Source: Azolla caroliniana
Lineage: Eukaryota > Plantae > Polypodiophyta
Assembly: GCA_043228905.1 (NCBI GenBank)
Contig: JBHGNT010000022.1
Location: 2,728,001-2,792,000 of the forward strand
DNA: 64,000 nucleotides
Reading direction: 5' to 3'
Shown here piece by piece: positions 58,830 to 64,000 of this stretch. Position 1 is the stretch's first letter. Every line of letters starts with the position of its first letter. A program made the position numbers and the translations under genes. The notes below the pieces were generated by a model. It saw only the letters and a list, made by a program, of their open reading frames with translations, made no database searches and was not told the origin of the DNA.

Positions 58830-59227
58830 CCCTTATGCCGTGTTGCAGCATAGAACTGCCAAAAATGCTTTCATATCATAAAGAGTAGTCATACATTATA
58901 AAATCAAGTCCACGGTCACAGCAAATGGATATGTTTAAACAACCCAAATACAATCGCTTAAAATTTCACATCTCATATAGCTCCAAGGTATTTCGCAGCC
59001 TATATAGGATATTAAATTATCAACTGCTTAACATTATAAGACATGCTGAAATAAAGCAAGTGGATTTTAAAACATCTGAAAGTAGGCCGCCTATCCGAAA
59101 CAGATAGCATCTTCATTGAGAGATGCCATTATGTTGTTTTGGGTGACAAGGAATCATTGCTTGAAATCGGATTCTTCCGAAATACAAAAACAAAACCAAC
59201 ATTTTTCAGCCCTCAGATATTCTTGTT

Positions 59228-61436
59228 TCACTTGCTTTTGTGTTGCTCAAAACATCGATTCCCAAATGATGTAGCATATGCTTTCTCAATGACGCGATAT
59301 GCCCTCGGAAGAATCAGATGAAATTCCACAGCTTCAAGCTCATCCATGAGCAATTCCGCATGTTTCTTATCACCTCTCATTGCAAGCACATCAATCACAC
59401 TCTTTGCAGTATGTAACCACTCATTCGAAACAAATGCCTCCCAATTGAATTTAATCCCTTTGATTGCATCCACAATACTATCAAAATTTACCATGGCCTT
59501 CTCTAATTCATTTGCTTTCAAGTAGCCCAAAAGAAGATAAGTATATGTGATTGTATCTGGTCTATGACCAAATGCTAGCAATTTCTTCAGAACCTCCTCT
59601 GCTTTCTCTATCTTTCCTTGTTTACAGTACACTCCAAGCAAGGAATTGTATTGGGCAAGATGGTGCCATCCCCTTTGTAATTCCATTTCCATAGCAACAC
59701 ATTCAGCATTTTCAAACAATCCAACCTCACCATAGGCTTCTATCGTGCAAACATAGCTTGAAATAGATCTCTGCCCCGGCATCTCTTTTAGCTTTTTATA
59801 TACACGATTCACATCCTCCCCTTGTTTAAGCCATCCATACAAGGAGATTAAGTTCATGAGCCTTTTCGGTGTAAGCGAACGACCCAAAAGATGATGCTCA
59901 GCGATACGCAGGCTAGATATGGCCTTCTCGTGCAGGCCTGATAAGAGGTATGCCGATGCGAGAGTAGAATATGATACAAAGTCAGGCTTCACCAAATCAT
60001 CTCTCAACATATTTGCCCAGTGTTTCTCCAAGTTCTCCATATCCAAGTTTCTCGCACTCCATGCCAACAGGATATTGTATGTGTACACATTGAATGTTAC
60101 ATTTTCTTTCTCCATCATCTTCAATAGCTCTGGAATCCTACTTTGAAGGTTATTCTTCTCATAGAATGTGATAAGATTGTTAAATATATAGACTGGTAAA
60201 GGTAGATTATGAACTCTCATTATATCAATAATATGCAATGCTTTCTCAACTTTATGGTGATCTAGGTATACATCAAAGAGTCTGCAGTACAAGACTTCTC
60301 CTTGAAACTTGGACGGTAGAAGTGCAAAGGATGCTTCTGCCTTTTCGGGACCATGGACTTTACCCACATAGTAAAGCCAACGAGCATAATGAGTTTCCAC
60401 TAGTTGTATAGGCTTCTCTTTCAATAACCATTCGGACACCTATTACAACAGTAAGTCATAAACCGGTTTAGTGTAAATAGAGAAAACGGACTTCCATTGC
60501 ATAGGAAACATAAACACCACCAAAACACAGTATAAACATGCTGGATTTTGATAAAAGGTAGCATGTTAGTAATAGGAGAACATCACCAAATCAAATTCGG
60601 ATATAAAAATACTGGGTTTTTTATAAAAGATAGCATGTTATTGTAAGGAAAATGAGAACAAATCAAGCACCAATATAATCATTATATGCATGTCATTATC
60701 CATCTAAAATAGAAATTGAAGGCATTATTGCATTTACTTGAGCTTCAAAAGTTGTCCACCATTATCACATAATGTCAAACCCTCGATAGAATTACTACAA
60801 ACTCTCTTATCATTGTTTTAAGAGATAAAACTACAATCCAAATGGTCAAATTTTGGATTCTTCAACTAGATTCACTTATAAATTTACTAGCTTTACGAGT
60901 TTAACTAAAATGTGTCCTTTTTTGAGGGGGGATGAGAGAAGGCGTACCTCCAAAGCTTGTGCATATTTCTTCTCTACTTCCAATCTTGTAAAGATTGCTT
61001 TCATCTGATATTGTCCGAGTTCATTACCCATCTCTATCCATCTTAAAAGAGAAGGCAAGATAGATTGGTTCCTCGGAACTTTTATCTGATCTAGAAGCAA
61101 CTTGTTAATCGTACGATCCTTTAGAAACTCGCTTGTCCCATTCGTACTCTCCTCATCCTTATGGTCTTTGTTTATCCCAATATTGCATTGTTTCTCTTCT
61201 TGCGGATCCGAACCATGTAGAAACATGCGATGCTGAAGATGTGTGTAGAAGCCATAGTTTCTGTGGGTATTATCTCTTCCTCTAGAAGTAAGATAAGAGC
61301 TGCAGAAAAAAGGAAAGAACTATCATAAGAAACCTAAAACAAGAAACATGATATGGAAAAGCTATACCAAAACTAGCATGGAGAGAAAGATGAGCACTTA
61401 CCAAAGGAAACTCTTGATATGGGAAGAATGTCTCAT
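59228..61436 (-). CDS. P-class pentatricopeptide repeat protein; exons 61436-61402, 61299-60948, 60439-59228 (~532 aa)
   Basis: Tandem PPR motifs (VYTYNILL, PDFVSYSTL, QYNSLLGVYCKQG, PDTITYTYL); GT-AG introns keep the frame (AQALE|VSEWL); first exon and start less certain. Confidence 0.88.
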
Positions 61437-63269
61437 GGACAAGAAACCGAAGCAATCTATGTATTCACACAACACAGATCTGGAAACACATGCTCCACCA
61501 ACTGGGTTTTCCAAAAGGATCAAACATCACAAATTCCCATTCAAAAAGCATTGAATCGATGACGTTGTTCTTCATTAAGCTTCCTCCGATTCCATTCAGA
61601 CGCAATGAATGAAGTTTCAGACGGAACAGAAATGAATTGACATGACATTTTCATAAAAAGAAGGCATCAGAATTTCATTCAATTTCAATTCCTGACTGTT
61701 TTACACAAGAATCAATGTCTCTTGTCTTTTCAAGCTCCAATTTTACTCTATTCTCAAAGGAAAATTCCCCTGTTTTGACATCACAAGATTACTCTGTTTC
61801 TTTTGTTGGGTTGGGGGGGAGGGGGGGGGGGGGGGGGTAATTACAAGTATTTACAATGTTGACATTTGACCTAAATAATTCATCTCTTTTTTTAAATGCC
61901 GCTTAGAATATGAGTAATCGAAGAAATGTGAGTAATTTATGCACAAAATCGATCGGATTTCACAAATCAGAGTAATTTTGCCCCGCGAATGCAAACAGAG
62001 TAATCTCCTTGGATTGGATGTATGCACACTCCCTTCCCATACTATATGTATGTAAACCAACACGTGTGTAATGTCATCAACGCCATTGATACTTTCTTTG
62101 TTACTGCTTTCTTAATCACTTCCCTTGATTCCAAACCTATTCCTCGCACTTTGCATAGACTAACAGATTATACAACAATGGCATTGTAATCACAGAGACT
62201 TAATTAATTGCACTTTGCTTAAATCGCTTTCTTTCAATTCCAAGGTGATTATTTAACTAGCCTACCCAAAAAGGATAGATCTACTTCATTGCTTAAAACT
62301 ATAGTAGAGGAAAGAATGGCAGCCAACTTGATTGCCAAAAAGTTAGAACCCATCTATTACATAATTCTTTTGTGCTACATATAAATGATTGGTCACCCCG
62401 ATTTGCATCAATGTTTTTCAAGCAGAATGATTGGCTCTGACATACATCAGTCAAAGTAAGTTTCATTCATGAGACAACATTCATAGATTTTTGGTACTTC
62501 GTAATAGATGTTCAAGAATGTCAACTGTGATACCAGGTGGTTGGTCACACATAGATTGGTGATGGCGCATACAAGGGCTTCACTATTATGTGCTCAAACT
62601 CCAAAAATTAATTTTATACGTGATTCTTGATCCTAAATGCAGAAAGATCAAACATAAAACCCTAGTTGCTAAAGTCCTAAAAGATGTATCATAAACACCA
62701 AACCCTAAAGGCATTGAAATTAAGAACCTTCATACTCTGACACCTAAATATCCTACAACACATCCAAAAAACATAAATATTCTTTAACAGATGATTAGCG
62801 GTAAACCCCTAAAATCAATCAATCAAGAGCCATAAAACCTATACGCATCCATTTGAGATCCACGATCCAAAAAGCAATATACAAGATAACCACACTTGAT
62901 CGTCAATATCTCCACACTAAACTCATTTTGCAAAAATGAGACCAACACACATCTATAAACTGTTACAATTTCCTTTTCAACCTTCTGAAATGGAGTTTGG
63001 ATCTATCATACAATATCCTTGTATGTCCAAGCATAAGCATTTTACTTCCCTCTATTGAATCTAAAAGAGCTTGTCATCATGGATAAATTCCAATCAAACT
63101 CTCGAAATTTTCTTTTCATTCTTGAGAAGTTATCATCAATACACAAATGCTTCCCAAAAAGGAACAAATGAATCATCACTAAGATCCTCAAAATTTTGCC
63201 TCAAAGAGTTGGATAATATTCTCAATTTGTTAATACCTTTTTTCTACATAATATGAATTTGGATCCTAG

Positions 63270-63542
63270 CTAGTGAATTTCTTCATCGTCTTCTTTAAAT
63301 GACAATGGCAAATCTGATAGAAAAGCTGATTCATCCTCGGCATCTAGCTTAACATTTCCATCAAACATTTGGCTACGTACATCCTGAAAATGTTTCAGTT
63401 TCAGGTATAGGCATAATGCTTATTTGGGTATATCTACAATCTGTACATCAATTAGCAAAGAAAACCGACCTTCTCAATTGCATCAGAGAGAGAAGGGTTT
63501 TCCCTCAAGTACTGCACAGCTTTGTCTCTCCCTTGTCCTAAC
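63270..63542 (-). CDS. recA: Organellar (plastid-type) RecA, last two coding exons 63542-63470 and 63383-63270; rest lies upstream, probably beyond the window
   Basis: Hand translation LGQGRDKAVQYLRENPSLSDAIEK|DVRSQMFDG...EDDEEIH* matches the RecA C-terminal GQGR...YL.ENP motif plus acidic tail; canonical 86-nt GT-AG intron. Confidence 0.8.
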
Positions 63543-64000
63543 CTGCAAAGAAAGTCACATGAGAGACTATTTTATGTAGCAAGCACATTAAACACATTCT
63601 CAAAATTAGTGTTTCTTGCTTTTCAGGCATTTCTAGATATATACAAAGCTGCAGATGCATAAAGCCAATACATTCACCAAATATCGAAGGCTAAAACAAA
63701 ATAGCTATTTAACATTGACAATTATCCCATGTCAAAATAATTACGCAAAAATACAACTTTACACAAACTTTCTAGAGTGAAGCAAACAAAACTGTATGTC
63801 AATATGATTCATGAACTTTATCTTATCCCTAGGTGCTCTGAATATCCAATAGCATGTAAAAGCAAGGAATTAACACTACAAAATTATCATGCAACTTTGC
63901 AGATAATGCATCAAAAAGTATATTATTAAACATAAGTGTATAGAGAGAAACGACTCATATCCCTGGCTGCTTTGACTATCCAGAGCACAAGTACATGCAA

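Larger units (their letters stand above)
56680..58860 (-). mobile_element. pogo/Tigger-family DNA transposon remnant
   Basis: TA followed by TIR-like CAATAAACATTCG at 56680; transposase fragments inside; partner TIR not found, so the right limit is approximate. Confidence 0.8.

Noticed and set aside
61813-61837. Poly-G run upstream of the PPR gene as a G-quadruplex regulator
   Set aside because: Simple homopolymer with unreliable length and no supporting context.

Overview
Eukaryotic land-plant DNA, probably a non-seed plant (inferred from a Tcn1-type chromovirus and the non-chromovirus Gypsy types). About 57 kb is a tandem array of tRNA-Ile(AAT)-containing repeats. Units are ~0.5-0.8 kb and usually carry one near-intact and one fixed degenerate tRNA-Ile copy; the last ~2.7 kb is inverted. 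The array is invaded by LTR elements: two decayed Copia elements, solo or partial LTRs, a deleted Gypsy (D), and a three-level Gypsy nest (old element A > Tcn1-like chromovirus B with identical LTRs > intact element C with identical LTRs and an extra coiled-coil ORF). The right end holds a decayed pogo/Tigger transposase with a retroposed insert, a spliced P-class PPR gene and the last two exons of an organellar RecA. Most notable: element C has a sense copy of the tRNA-Arg 3' end, including CCA, where the polypurine tract should be, suggesting tRNA-type priming of both cDNA strands. Element B shows the Tf1-type self-priming layout. All calls were made by eye, without searches.
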